Below are positions 22,016-33,700 of a DNA stretch of 64,000 nucleotides, in pieces. Source of the DNA: Pseudomonadota bacterium (GTDB lineage: Bacteria; Pseudomonadota; Alphaproteobacteria; Caulobacterales; Caulobacteraceae); the NCBI GenBank assembly GCA_040385285.1, contig JAZKHQ010000022.1, positions 18,109 through 82,108 of the forward strand. The letters run 5' to 3'. The position numbers and the translations under genes were made by a program. The notes under the pieces are model-generated. The model did not search any database. It was not told the DNA's origin and was given only the letters and a program-made list of their open reading frames with translations. Position 1 is the stretch's first letter. Every line of letters begins with the position of its first letter.

Positions 22016-25000
22016 TCAGAACTTCCTGGACAGCAGGAACCGGATGGTTCCGAGCGTCTGGCCGGTGGAGAAGCGTCCGCCCAGTTCGCCGGTGGCCTTC
22101 CAGCCGCTGGAGGTGGTCACGTTCAGCCCCAGGTCGAGGACGAACTCGCTGCGGTCCCAGCCGGTGGACTGGATCTGGTAGACCGGACCCGCCGCCCAGT
22201 CGGCGTACTGCAGGGACTGCAGGCCGCCGTCGGCGAACTCGTGCCGGTACTCGATGCGGAAGCTCGGCGTCCAGACGCTGTCGCGTTCCTCATGAGCCCA
22301 GGCGTAGCGGGCGCCGAGGACGCCTTGCAGGCTTTCGACGTCACGCTCGGCGTAGCTGAGCGCCCAGAGCGCCGAGCCGGTTTCCGTGTAGGCGTCCAGT
22401 TCGGCCTCGATCGATTCAACGCGGCCGTAGGCGTTGACGTGGCCGACCGCGACCGAGTGGTCGAAGCCCAGCCCGACGGAGCCGAACACCGCCGTGCCGT
22501 CGCGCTGGCCGGTCACCAGGCTGTTGTCGCCCGTGGCCCGCCGCTGCAGGTCGAACTCAAGCGAGCCGTAGCCCAGCATGGCGTCCAGATAGATGCCCGG
22601 CTGGGGCCGCCAGCTGCCGTAGGCCATGCCCACGAACTGACGGCTTTCGACCGACGAGTCCGCCGAGCCGATGTCGGCGCTTTCCTCACCGAAGCCGCCG
22701 GCGAGGCCGAAGTCCAGGGTCGGCGACAGGGCCATGTCAGCCCCGACGCTGAGCCCGCCCGAGTGGATCGAGAACTTGGACTGACCCGTTTCCGCGTCAC
22801 GCTGGCCGAAGGAGATCGCGCCGCCGGTCCAGAAGCGCAAGCCCCCCGAAGGACCGTCGCCCGACGGGGTCGGCGCCGCGTTCAGGCCGTCGACGCCCAT
22901 GCCCGTGTTCGAGCCGAAGCCCGCCTTGTCAGACGCGCCGCCGAAGGCCGTGGCGTCGGCCGACCAGAGCATGGCGTTCAGCTCGGCCCGGTCCGGGTCG
23001 GCCATCTGGCGGTCGAACATCCGGCCGCCGCCCAGCTGGGTGCGCAGGTCGGCTGCACGGCCCAGTTCGGCCACGCCCGAGTTCAGGTTGAGGCCCATGC
23101 TCATCGGCTGGTTTCCGGCGCCCGAGTGCAGTTGCTCGAGGCGGCGGTTGACGTTGTCGATCTGCACCGTGGCCAGGCGACGGGTGGCGTCGGCCTGGGC
23201 CGCGTCCAGGCCCCGCACGTCCGGGTCCGCCGACGGATCGGGACGGGCCAGGATGTTCAGGACCACCGAGACCGTGCCGGTGTTGCCGAAGGCGTCGGTC
23301 GCACGGACGGTGATCGGATAGCTGCCGACCGCATAGGACGTGCCCGACAGGCGACCCGTCGACGACAGGGTGATGCCCGCGGGCAGGGCGCCCGAGGTCA
23401 CCGCGTAGGTGTAGGCGCCCGAACCGCCCGTGGCGCTGAACGAGCGGTCATAGGCGACCCCCGCCATCACCCCCGGCAGCGCCGTCGGCGTCACCGTGAT
23501 GGTCGCCGCATTGACCACCAGGGTCAGGCTGACGTCACCCGAGAAGGGGCCCGAACCGGTGGCCTGGTCCGTAGCCCGGACGGTGAAGGTGAACGTCCCG
23601 GTCCCGGTCGGCGTGCCCGAGAGCACGCCCGTCGAGGACAGGGTCACGCCCGGAGGCAGGGCGCCGGCCGAGACGGTGTAGCTGTAGGTCCCGACGCCGC
23701 CCGTGGCCGAGAAAGTCTGGCTGTAGGCAAAGCCGCGTGTGGCCGCCGGCACCGTGGCCGGGGTGACCACAATGGCCGCCGCATTAACGGTCAGGCTGTA
23801 GGCCCGGCTGCCGGTATAGGGACCCGAGCCCGTCGAGCTGTCGGTCGCCGTGACGGTGAAGTTGAACACGCCCCCTGCGGTCGGGGTGCCGGAAAGCACC
23901 CCGCCCGAGGTCAGGCTCATCCCCGCCGGAAGTGCCCCGGCGGTGAGGGCGTAGGTGTAGGTCGCCGTGCCGCCCGTGGCCGTGATGGTCTGGCTGTAAC
24001 CTGCCACTGCCACGGTCGGGTTCGACAAGGAGGCCGGCGACAGGGTGATGGTCGGAGCCACGATTGCCAGGGTGTAGGCGCCCGTGATCGTGAACGGTCC
24101 CGTTCCGGTGGAGCTGTCGGTCGCCGTCACCGAGAAGCTGAAGTCCCCCCCTGCGGTCGGCGTGCCCGAGATCACGCCTGCGCTCGACAGGGTGACTCCC
24201 GCCGGAAGCGCGCCCGCCGTCAGGGCATAGGTGTAGGGTGCAGTGCCGCCCGAAGCGGACAGGGCCTGGCTGTAGGCTGAGGCCACCGAACCGCCTGGCA
24301 GGGTGCCGCCCGGCAGGGCTAGCACCGGATCCGGGATGGTGATGGTGATGGTAGCCGGCGCCGATTCCGACGGTGGGTTGGAGCCATCGGCGTAGCCAAC
24401 GGCCTTGAAGGTGAAGGTCACGACGCCGAAGTAGCCCGGCTCAGGCGTGTAGTTGACGGTGAAGCCGCTGACCGTCGCCGTGCCGTGGGCCGGCGGGCTG
24501 ACGATCTCGATCGATGCCGCGTTGCCGACAGACCCGGACAGGTTGATGCCCTGGCTTCCACCGGTTCCTGTGACCGTGGCGCTACCCGGGTTCGCCGTCG
24601 GCGGCGCGGGTGCGGCCACCGGGATGCTGTAGGCCGACGAGGCCGTCAGGCTGCTGTTGTCGGTGACGGTGACGGTGAAGTTGAAGGCGCCCGAGGCGGT
24701 CGGTGTGCCGGACAGCGCGCCGCCCGACGACAGGGTGATCCCCGGCGGCAGCGCGCCGGCGGTCACGGCATAGCCGTAGGGGGCCGTTCCGCCCGTGGCG
24801 GTGACGGACGCCGAATAACCGACCCCCACCTGGCCACCCGAAAGCGCTCCGCCCGGAAGCGACAGGGGCGAATAGGTGAAGGTGTTGGTGTTGGACGTCG
24901 CGGAGGTGTTGCCCGCCGCATCGGTGGCCGTGGCCCGCACGGTATGCGACCCCACCGACAGGGCCGAGGTGGTGAAGGCCCAGTTGCCCGACCCGTCCGC

Positions 25001-26698
25001 CGTGGTGGTGCCCGCAACCGAACCGTCCACAATCACGGCCACCGTCGAAGCCGCTTCCGCCGTACCCGTCACGGTCGACACGGCATTGTTGGTCAGGGAC
25101 CCGCTCGCCGGGGTGAGAGTCACCGGCGGCGGCGGCGGCGTGGTGTCCACAGTGAAGGTGTTGATGTTCGAGGAGGCCGAGGTTCCGCCGACGTTGGTCG
25201 TGGCCGCCGCGAAGGTGTGAGGGCCGTCGGCGAACGGGAACGGCAGGGTCCAGGACCAGTTGCCGGCCCCGTCAGACGTGGTGGCAAGGCCGCTGGAAAC
25301 GCTGTCGAAGTAAACGATGATGTCCGTATTGGCGGGTGCCGTACCGGTCACGGTTGGGGTGTTGTCACTGGTCAGCGATCCGTTCGCCGGGGTGACAACC
25401 ACCGGAACCGCCGGCACGGCGACGTAGGTGTAGTCGTTGCCCGTACCGCTTGCAGAACTGGTGCCCCCCGCCGTGGTGACCTGCACATCGACCGTACCGG
25501 CCACACCTGCAGGAATCATCACTGACATCGTGGTCGGACTGTCGACCCCGAAGGTGACCGCCGGCGTACCGCCGAAGGTCACCGCCGTCGCACCCGAGAG
25601 GTTCGTGCCACCCAGGCTCATGACGTGGCCGCCGGAAAGCCGACCCGAAGACGGGTTCAACGACGTCACCGTCGGGGCCGCGACATAGGTGAACCGATCC
25701 GCTGCGCTGGTGGCGCTGGTCCCGCCCGCCGTGGTGACGCGCACGTCCACCGTGCCGGTTCCGGCAGGAGCTGTGGCCGTGATCTGGGTCGCGCTGTTGA
25801 ACGTGAAGCCGGTCGCCGGAGTCGCGCCGAAGTCGACTGCAGTCGCGCCCGTGAAATCCGTGCCAGTGATCGTGACGACCGTGCCGCCCGAAGTCGGGCC
25901 ACTGGATGGTGATACGGCGGTGACCGCCGGAGCCGCTGGGTTCACGGTGACGGTGAAGCTGGCGGTGGAGGTGTTTCCGGCGACGTCGGTTGAGGAGTAG
26001 CTGTTGGTGGTGACGCCGATGGGGAAGGTGGCGCCTGACCCCAGGCCGGCGGTCTGGGTCACCGGACGGGCGCCGTCGACGGCGTCATTGGCGGTTACAG
26101 CGGGGAAGGTGATGGTGGCGCCCGATGCGCCCGAAGCCGCCGTGACCACAATGTTCGACGGCACGGTGATGACCGGGGGGGTGGTGTCAGCCGGTGCGCC
26201 GTTGACGTTGATTACCAAGCGTCGACCGGGAGAAACCGTCACGCCCTGCATGTCAATACGCACGGCATTCGACGTTGTAGAGACAGCGTTAACTCCCAAA
26301 TCGCTGGAGGAATCGACGCTTGCCGAAGTTATCGCTATGTTAAAGGTAAGAATAGGCCCGTTAAAACTGACTGGACTACTAAACGTAGCGTTGCCTATTC
26401 CAGTAACAATGATCTGATTCGAGGTTACGTCGATTGACATAAGTCCGCCTTGGGCGGACGTAAACTCAACACTACTGCCGACCGTTACGGGGCCTTGCGC
26501 GTAGAACAAGCTCCCAATGTTTGGGAAGTTTTGAGCATACGAAACCTGGGCACCGGTCAAGCTCTGGGCGGATGCCGCGCCCGGAAGCGCCAGGCCCGCC
26601 ATGACGAACACCGCCACGAACAGCATCGTCAAGGATGCAAGCGACCGGCTCGCAACACCACCTGCACGCGCCGCCGCGCGACATACCATCGAGATCAT
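22016..26698 (-). CDS. Autotransporter adhesin 1 (variable tip, HYR, 2x IPT/TIG, 2x bacterial Ig-like, multiple putative-Ig repeats, beta-barrel)
   Basis: Long signal peptide; DTTPPVITVP HYR; P.VT..SP.SG IPT/TIG; YSYAVTAGALP.G.TLS putative-Ig; barrel ending SRKF. Confidence 0.92.
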   Translation of the reverse strand: MISMVCRAAARAGGVASRSLASLTMLFVAVFVMAGLALPGAASAQSLTGAQVSYAQNFPNIGSLFYAQGPVTVGSSVEFTSAQGGLMSIDVTSNQIIVTGIGNATFSSPVSFNGPILTFNIAITSASVDSSSDLGVNAVSTTSNAVRIDMQGVTVSPGRRLVINVNGAPADTTPPVITVPSNIVVTAASGASGATITFPAVTANDAVDGARPVTQTAGLGSGATFPIGVTTNSYSSTDVAGNTSTASFTVTVNPAAPAVTAVSPSSGPTSGGTVVTITGTDFTGATAVDFGATPATGFTFNSATQITATAPAGTGTVDVRVTTAGGTSATSAADRFTYVAAPTVTSLNPSSGRLSGGHVMSLGGTNLSGATAVTFGGTPAVTFGVDSPTTMSVMIPAGVAGTVDVQVTTAGGTSSASGTGNDYTYVAVPAVPVVVTPANGSLTSDNTPTVTGTAPANTDIIVYFDSVSSGLATTSDGAGNWSWTLPFPFADGPHTFAAATTNVGGTSASSNINTFTVDTTPPPPPVTLTPASGSLTNNAVSTVTGTAEAASTVAVIVDGSVAGTTTADGSGNWAFTTSALSVGSHTVRATATDAAGNTSATSNTNTFTYSPLSLPGGALSGGQVGVGYSASVTATGGTAPYGYAVTAGALPPGITLSSGGALSGTPTASGAFNFTVTVTDNSSLTASSAYSIPVAAPAPPTANPGSATVTGTGGSQGINLSGSVGNAASIEIVSPPAHGTATVSGFTVNYTPEPGYFGVVTFTFKAVGYADGSNPPSESAPATITITIPDPVLALPGGTLPGGSVASAYSQALSASGGTAPYTYALTAGALPAGVTLSSAGVISGTPTAGGDFSFSVTATDSSTGTGPFTITGAYTLAIVAPTITLSPASLSNPTVAVAGYSQTITATGGTATYTYALTAGALPAGMSLTSGGVLSGTPTAGGVFNFTVTATDSSTGSGPYTGSRAYSLTVNAAAIVVTPATVPAATRGFAYSQTFSATGGVGTYSYTVSAGALPPGVTLSSTGVLSGTPTGTGTFTFTVRATDQATGSGPFSGDVSLTLVVNAATITVTPTALPGVMAGVAYDRSFSATGGSGAYTYAVTSGALPAGITLSSTGRLSGTSYAVGSYPITVRATDAFGNTGTVSVVLNILARPDPSADPDVRGLDAAQADATRRLATVQIDNVNRRLEQLHSGAGNQPMSMGLNLNSGVAELGRAADLRTQLGGGRMFDRQMADPDRAELNAMLWSADATAFGGASDKAGFGSNTGMGVDGLNAAPTPSGDGPSGGLRFWTGGAISFGQRDAETGQSKFSIHSGGLSVGADMALSPTLDFGLAGGFGEESADIGSADSSVESRQFVGMAYGSWRPQPGIYLDAMLGYGSLEFDLQRRATGDNSLVTGQRDGTAVFGSVGLGFDHSVAVGHVNAYGRVESIEAELDAYTETGSALWALSYAERDVESLQGVLGARYAWAHEERDSVWTPSFRIEYRHEFADGGLQSLQYADWAAGPVYQIQSTGWDRSEFVLDLGLNVTTSSGWKATGELGGRFSTGQTLGTIRFLLSRKF

Positions 26699-26699
26699 A

Positions 26700-26990
26700 T
26701 CAGATTCCCCACCCTGAATTACTGAATTCTATATCAGGCCGGGGAATAGGCAACGGGGTTCGCTGACGCGGAGAATCGCTGGGCGGCACAGAGCTGCACG
26801 GCCGCCCTGCCAGGAGCGCGAACACCCCACGCCTCAACCCGCCCGGCGCCGCGTCGGCGGAGGCCTGATCCAGGGTGACCGTGTCGACCAGGTTCAGCGC
26901 GCCGTCCTCCGCGGCTGCGGGCGGCGACACAGCAACAGTGGCGGTGGGCGTAACGGGGTCTGAACCGCGACAGTTACGACGCTGCCGACG
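26700..26990 (-). pseudogene. Possible gene fragment (lipoprotein-like) with no clear start
   Basis: Host-like codons encoding ...CRGSDPVTPTATVAVSPPAAAEDGALNLVDTVTLDQASADAAPGGLRRGVFALLAG...; stop codon in frame upstream next to the palindrome. Confidence 0.25.
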
Positions 26991-27013
26991 ACCGTTATCA
27001 ATGGGGCAGCCTC

Positions 27014-27043
27014 AACGTCCGCTTTGGGTCGATAGCGGACATT
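27014..27043 (+). repeat. Dispersed 30-bp palindrome (GTCCGCT-N10-AGCGGAC family), copy A
   Basis: AACGTCCGCTTTGGGTCGATAGCGGACATT; 29/30 identical to the reverse complement of 56837-56866. Confidence 0.9.
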
Positions 27044-27100
27044 CGCTTCATGCCGCAAAGGAGACGGCCGGACGAGGGCGAAGTCGTGTATCGCCAGCCG

Positions 27101-27748
27101 ATGACCATCCCCGACCCTGCCGCCTTCATCGCCGCCAACACCCGGCTCCAGGCCGTGCCGCATGCGCCCGAGATTTCGCTGTGGCTGGCGGACGAGGTGA
27201 CCCCGATCTGGCGGCTGACGGAGGAGGAACTGGGCGAGTTGGGCCTGCCGCCGCCGTTCTGGGCCTTCGCCTGGGCGGGAGGCCAGGCGCTGGCGCGCTG
27301 GCTGCTGGACAATCCGCACGAAGTCGCCGGCAGGCGGGTGCTGGATTTTGCCGCAGGGTCCGGGCTGGTCGGCATCGCGGCGATGCAGGCGGGGGCGGCC
27401 AGCGTGCTCAGCGCCGACATCGATCCCTTCTGCGGCGCGGCGGTCCGGCTGAACGCCGCCGCCAACGGCGTCGAGCTCGGCTTCACCGACGCCGACCTGC
27501 TGGATGGCCCGCCGCCGGATGTGGACGTGATATGCGCCGGCGATGTCTGCTACGAGGGGCCCATGACCGACCGGGTGCTGGGCTGGCTGCACGCCGCCAA
27601 GGCCAGGGACGCCCGCGTCCTGATCGGCGACCCCGGGCGCACTTATTTCCCGAAGACGGGCCTGACCTTCCTCGCCGAATACCAGGTGCCGACCACGCGC
27701 GAGCTGGAGGATTTCGCGGTCAAGCGCACCTCGGTCTGGGCTCTCTGA
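27101..27748 (+). CDS. Class I SAM-dependent methyltransferase (Nnt1/METTL21-like protein methyltransferase family)
   Basis: PPPFWAFAWAGG, VLDFAAGSGLVG, AGDVCYE, GDPGRTY; start at MTIPDP. Confidence 0.9.
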   Translation: MTIPDPAAFIAANTRLQAVPHAPEISLWLADEVTPIWRLTEEELGELGLPPPFWAFAWAGGQALARWLLDNPHEVAGRRVLDFAAGSGLVGIAAMQAGAASVLSADIDPFCGAAVRLNAAANGVELGFTDADLLDGPPPDVDVICAGDVCYEGPMTDRVLGWLHAAKARDARVLIGDPGRTYFPKTGLTFLAEYQVPTTRELEDFAVKRTSVWAL

Positions 27749-27752
27749 GACC

Positions 27753-27787
27753 GGCGCCCGCCGCACCCGTTTTCGGATGCGGCGGGG
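27753..27787. terminator. Hairpin between the convergent methyltransferase and autotransporter 2
   Basis: CCGCCGCACCCG-TTTT-CGGATGCGGCGG stem-loop; no strong U tract. Confidence 0.5.
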
Positions 27788-27793
27788 TTCAGA

Positions 27794-30700
27794 TCAGAAG
27801 CGCGTCGACAGCTTGACCTGGACGCCATGGCTGATGGTGTCCGAGCTGGTCGTGCCGCGATAGCCGGCGGTCAGTTCCATGTTTTCGAAGACCCAGCGGC
27901 CTTCCAGGTCAAGCGCGAAGCGGTTCCGCGCCCAGCTGTCGAGCTCCAACCCGTAGCGGGGGCTGGCCAGCCAGTCGGCGTAGGAGACCGTCTGCGATCC
28001 CACCTCGTCGAACTGGTGCGCCCATTCGAAGCGCAGGCTCGGCGCGAACAGGCTGTCACGGCTCTGAATCCGCCAGTCCATCCGCATCCCCACGGTCGAG
28101 GACAGGGCGTCGAACTCAAGCGCGTCATAGGTCAGGGCGTAGATCCCCGCCCCGGTCTCTGTGAAGCCGTCCAGAGTCACCGACTGGGCGTCGATCCGGG
28201 CGTAGAGCGACCGGTTCATGCCCTCTGACCGGTGCTCCTGGGCCAGGCCGATCGATCCGAACGTCATGTCGCCCGACCGCTCGCCGAAGGCGAAGGCCGA
28301 CGCCGCCGTCGACCAGCGCTTCGAGTCGTAGTCCAGCGACCCGTAGCCGAACACCCCTTCGAGATGGATGTCGTTCGGCGCCTGCCAGGCGGCGTAGAGG
28401 GCGCCGACCGTGCTGGTCCCGTCCGAGGTGGTGTCGTTGGAGCCGATCCGCGTGCGGTCATCGCCATAGCCCAGGCCTGCCCCGACGATCAGGGCGTCGG
28501 TGAGCTTGACGTCCACCCCCGCACTGACCCCCGAGGTGGTGAACCGGGTGTCGCGCTGGCCATCGGCCTCACGCCGGCCCCAGTCGATGCCGCCGCCGGC
28601 CCAGACGCCCACACTGTGGCCGCCTTGAGCGTCTTCGCCTTGCGACCGCGAGGGTGCGGCGCCGAGCGCCGGAGCATCCATGGCTTCAACCGAAGCGGTC
28701 AGACCGCCCCGACCGCCGAACTGGGCGAAGGCGTCCGCTTCCTCGTCGCGGGCGCGCGTCTCCATCAGGCTCAGACCGTCCTCACTCGCCTGCTGGTCGC
28801 CCAGCCGGCGCCGCGCCGCGGCCCGCGGATCGATGTCGTTCGCTCCGCCCATGTTCAGGTTCAGCGACAGGTTGGAGGCGCTGTCGTTGTCTCCGTCCCG
28901 GATCTGCTCCAGCCGGCGGTGGAAGTTGCTGATCTGGGTGTCAGCGAAGCGCAGGGCGCTGTCGACCTGTGAGCTGACCAGCCCGCGCACGTCCGGATCC
29001 ATGGACGGATCGGGACGCGACGTCACCGTCACCTGCACCACGCCGCCTTCGGTGGCGAAGGCGTTGGTCAGGGTGAAGTTCACGTCCACCCGGCCCGTGA
29101 AGGTTCCGGCCGGCGTGAAGGTCAGGTCATAGGTCCGGTTTCCGGCCGTCCCGCCCTGGGTGAGGACCGCGGCCCCCGCCGTCGGGATGGACAGGTTGAC
29201 GATCGCCGCCCCCGTGAAGGGCCCGCCCACCGCGTTGGCTGTCAGGCTGACGGTTACCGGCCGACCCGCGGGTGTGGAGACGACCAGCGTCTGGGCCCCC
29301 GGCGCGCGGTTGACCGTGTAATCGATGCGGCCGACCGCCGAGACGCCGCCCGGGGTGGTGATCGTATACTCCAGATACGTCGGCCCGTTGTTGGCCGCGC
29401 CCGGGGTGAACACGATGTTCAGCCCCGACACCACGGCCGTGCCGAAGCCCGGAGCGCGGGTGATCTGCACGCTGTTGAACGGCCCGCCCGTCAGCCCCGA
29501 GGTCGTATCGATCGTCGAGACGGCGTTCGACGCGACGGTCGCGGTCCGGTTGGGCGCCATGCCCGGGACCTGGAAGGTGAAGGTCACCGGCGCCGAGTCG
29601 CCGCCGGGGCCTTCGGCCACCAGGGTGACCGTGTCGGTTCCCATGAAGCCGGCCGTGGGCGTGTAGCGCAGGCTCAGGGCCGGACCCGTGGCCTGCGGTC
29701 CCTCGCCCGGCATGGCGGCCGGGGCCGGGGCCGGTCCGGCGCCTTCGATCACCGCCGCCCCATGGATCGGAGCGATGGTGATGCGCCAGCCGGTCACCAC
29801 GCCGCCCACCTGGGTCTGCAGGTCGACGGTGGATGAGCCGCCCGTGGTCGGAGGCACCGGCGTCGGCGGGGTCGGCGTCACCACCGGCGGCGGCGGCGTC
29901 GCCACACTCAGGCTGACCGTGGCCGGGGCGGACGAACCGCCGGGGCCGTTGGCCGTGTAGGTGAAGCTGTCGGCGCCGAAGTAGCCGGCTGCGGGCGTGT
30001 AGGTGATCACATAGCCCGCAATGCTGGTCGTTCCGTGCGACGGCGCCGAAGCGACGCTGACGCCGGTCGAGACGCCCGCCACGCGGCTGGTCAGATCGAT
30101 GGCCGTGCCGGCGCTGGCGTAGGGAACGGAGACCGAGGTCCCGGTCGCCGTCGGCGCGGGCGGCAGGCCCACCGTCACCGTCACCGTGGCCGGAACCGAC
30201 GTGCCGCTGCCGTTGGTGGCGGTGTAGGTGAAGCTGTCGGCCCCGAAGTAGCCGGCCGCCGGGGTGTAGGTGATCGACAGGCCCGAGACCGTCGCCGTCC
30301 CGTGCGCGGGCGCGGTTCCGATGGCGAGGCTGTTCGCCGCCCCGCCCGTCAGGTTCAGCGTCACCGGATTGTCGGCGCTGCCATAGGCGACGCTCACCGA
30401 CACCGGGTTCGCCGTCGGCGGATCCAGGGCGATGAACAGGCTGTAGGCGCGCGATCCGGCGTAGGGGCCGTTGCCCGTGGCGCTGTCGGTCGCGGTCACT
30501 GTGAAGTTGAAGGTCCCGTTGTCGCTCGGCGTGCCCGAAAGCACCCCGGTCGAGGGCGACAGCGTCAGGCCGTTCGGCAGGACGCCCGCGGTCACCGCAT
30601 AGCTGTACGGCGCCACCCCGCCCGAGGCCGCGATGACCTGGGAATAGGCGATGGCCTTGGTCCCGTCCGGCAGCGTCGTCGGGCCGACCGTGACGGCCGG

Positions 30701-33700
30701 TGCCGCAATGGCGATGCTGTAGGTCTGGGTCGTGGAATACGGCCCCGAACCGGTCGAACTGTCGGTCGCCCGGGCGTTGAAGAAGAAGGTCCCGCCGCCG
30801 GTCGGCGTGCCCGAAAGCGCGCCGGTCGGGGACAAGGTCACCCCCGGAGGCAGATCCCCGGCCGTGAAGGCATAGCTGTAGGGCGCCGTGCCGCCGGTCG
30901 CGGCCGGCAGTTGGCCGCTGTAGGGCACGGTGACCGCGCCCGCAGGCAGGCTTGCCGTCGGCAGGACGATGGTCGCGGCGGCGACAGGAAGGCTATAGGC
31001 GCGGCTGCCGCTGTACGGCGCGCCGGTCCCTGTCGAGCTGTCGGTCGCCGTGATGGTGAAGTTGAACGTCCCGCCCGCCGTCGGCGTGCCCGTAAGCTGG
31101 CCGTTCGAAGCCAGGGTCATGCCCGCGGGCAGGGCGCCCGCCGTGATGGCGAAGCTGTAGGGCCCCGTGCCGCCGATCGCGCTGAAGGTGTTGCTGAAGG
31201 ACGCACCCACCGTCGCCGTCGTGCTCATCGGGCTGACGCTGATGGTCGGGGCGGCGACGTTCAGACTATAGGCACGCGCCGTGGTGAACGGCGCCGACGG
31301 CCCGTTCGACGAGTCGGTCGCCGTGACGGTGAAGTTGAACGTCCCGCCCGCGGTCGGCGTGCCCGAAAGCACGCCCCCCGCCGACAGGGTCAGCCCCGCC
31401 GGAAGCGCGCCGGCGGTCCGGGCATAGCTGTAAGGCGCAGCCCCGCCCGAAGCGGTCAGCGTCTGGCTGTAGGCCGTCCCCACCGTCGCCGCCGGAACCG
31501 TGGCCGGATTCAGCGTCAGGGTGGGCATGCTCACCGTGATGGTCGCCGTGGCCGGGCTCGACGTGCCACCGGCGTTGGTCGCCGTATAGGTGAAGCTGTC
31601 CGGGCCGGCATAGCCGGCCGCCGGGGTGTAGGTGATCGATGCGCCCGAAGCCGTGGCCACGCCGTTCGTCGCCTGCACCGCGATGGCGACGCTATCCGCC
31701 GAGCCGCCCGACAGGTTGAGGGTGATCGGGTTGGCGCTGCTGCCATAGGCGACCGTCGCCGACACCGCGCCCGTCACCGGCGCGAACGGCACGACGGTGA
31801 ATGTGTTGGTTCCGGAGTTCGGCGAGGAATTGCCGGCCGCATCCGCTGCGCTCGCCCGCACGGTGTGCGCCGCCAGGGTCAGCGGCGTCGGCTGGGTCAG
31901 GCTCCAGTTCCCCGAGCCATCCGCCGTGGTCGTCCCGATCGCGGAGCCGTCAACAGCCACCGTGACGGTCGAGGCAGGCTCGGCCGTGCCCGTATAGACC
32001 GGGTTCAGGTTGGTGGTGCTGGAGCCATTCGCGGGGGCCGTCACGACCGGAGCCGCCGGCGCCACGCTATCGACCGTAAAGGTGTTGGTGTTCGATGACG
32101 GCGAGGGGCCGCCGCTGTTGGTCGCTACGGAACGAACGGTGTGCGGACCCTCGGACAGGGGCGCGTAGGACGAGAAGAACCAGTTCCCACCGCCATTGGA
32201 GGCCGTCGTACCCACTGATGCGCCATCGATGATCACATCGATGATCACGCCGGGGTCCGACGTGCCCGAAATGGTCGGATGATTGTCGCTGGTGACCAGC
32301 CCATTGGCGGGTGTGGTCGTCACCGGCGCCGAGGGCGGCGCGACATCGTCGTTGACGATCGTGCCGAGGCCCTGATTGTCGGCGAACGACGCGTTGCTGG
32401 CCGCAGACAGATTGAAGGCGAAGGTTTCGTCCGGCTCCAGCGTCGTGTCGCCGTTCACCAGGACCGTGGCGGTCTTGATCGTTTCGCCCGGCGCAAAAGT
32501 GAAGGTGCCGGACGGTGCGGAATAGTCGGAGCCGTCGGTCGCCGTCAGACCGACCGTGCCGTAATCGACGGTGACGGCAAGGGCGCTGGGCGCGCTCAGC
32601 GAGGCCGTGAAGACAAAGGCGGTCGTGCCGGCGTTTCCTTCATTCAGCGTGACGTCATTGACCGACAGGAACGGCATGGCGTCGTCGTTCACGATCGTGC
32701 CGACACCCTGTCCATCAGAGATGCCTGCGTCCACAGCACTGCTGAGGTTGACGAAGAAGGCCTCGTTGTTCTCGTACAGCAGGTCGCCCGACACCGCGAC
32801 CGTCACACTGTGCGCGGTATCGGACGGGTTGAACGTCAGGGTTCCGCTGGTCGCGAAGTAATCATTGCCCGCGACCGTGGCTGTGCCGTCCGCCGTGGCG
32901 AAGTTGACGGTCGAGGCCAGCTGGGTGTCCCCCGTCTTCGCAACGGTGAAGGTGAAGGCCGTCGTGCCCGCGCTTCCTTCTGACATGGTCACGTCATTGA
33001 TCGTGAATGCCGGCGCGGTGTCATCATTGGTGATGGTCCCGACACCTTCGGCATCGGCCACCACGGCACCGGTGACGTTGGCGACGGTAGCGGTGAAGGT
33101 CTCGCTCAACTCATAGAGGGCGTCGTCGACGGCGTTGATCGAGACGAGGTGGCTGCTCTGTCCCTCCGGGATCGTGAGACCGGTCAGCGGCGGGGCTATG
33201 AAGTCAGACACGCTCGCCGTGCCGGGGGCGACATTGACGTCAAAGGTGACGCCACCCGGCCCCGCAGGGCCGTCCAGGCTGACGGTGAAGTTCGCCACGT
33301 TGCCTTCGGTGACAGTCACGTCGTTGATCGAGAGGTTCGGCTCCACATAGACCGTGAAGGTGTTGCCGCCGGAATAGTTGGACTGATTACCCGCGGCGTC
33401 CGTGGCCCGGGCCTGCACTACGTGCGAGCCGACAGCCAGGATGGTGGGCTCGGTGATCGACCAGGCACCGGTTCCGTCTGCGGTGGTCGTGCCGACGAAA
33501 TTGGAGGACACCGTGACCTCGATCGCCGCGTTCGCCTCTGCCGTGCCGGTATAGGTCGGCGAACGGTTGGTCGTCGCCGAACCATCGGCGGGCGCGTCTA
33601 TCACCGGCGCGTTCGGCGCCGTCGAATCGAAGGTGAAGGTGACGATGTTGGAGTCCGGCGACGTGCCGCCGTCGGTGGTGACACTGGCGCGCAGCGTGTG

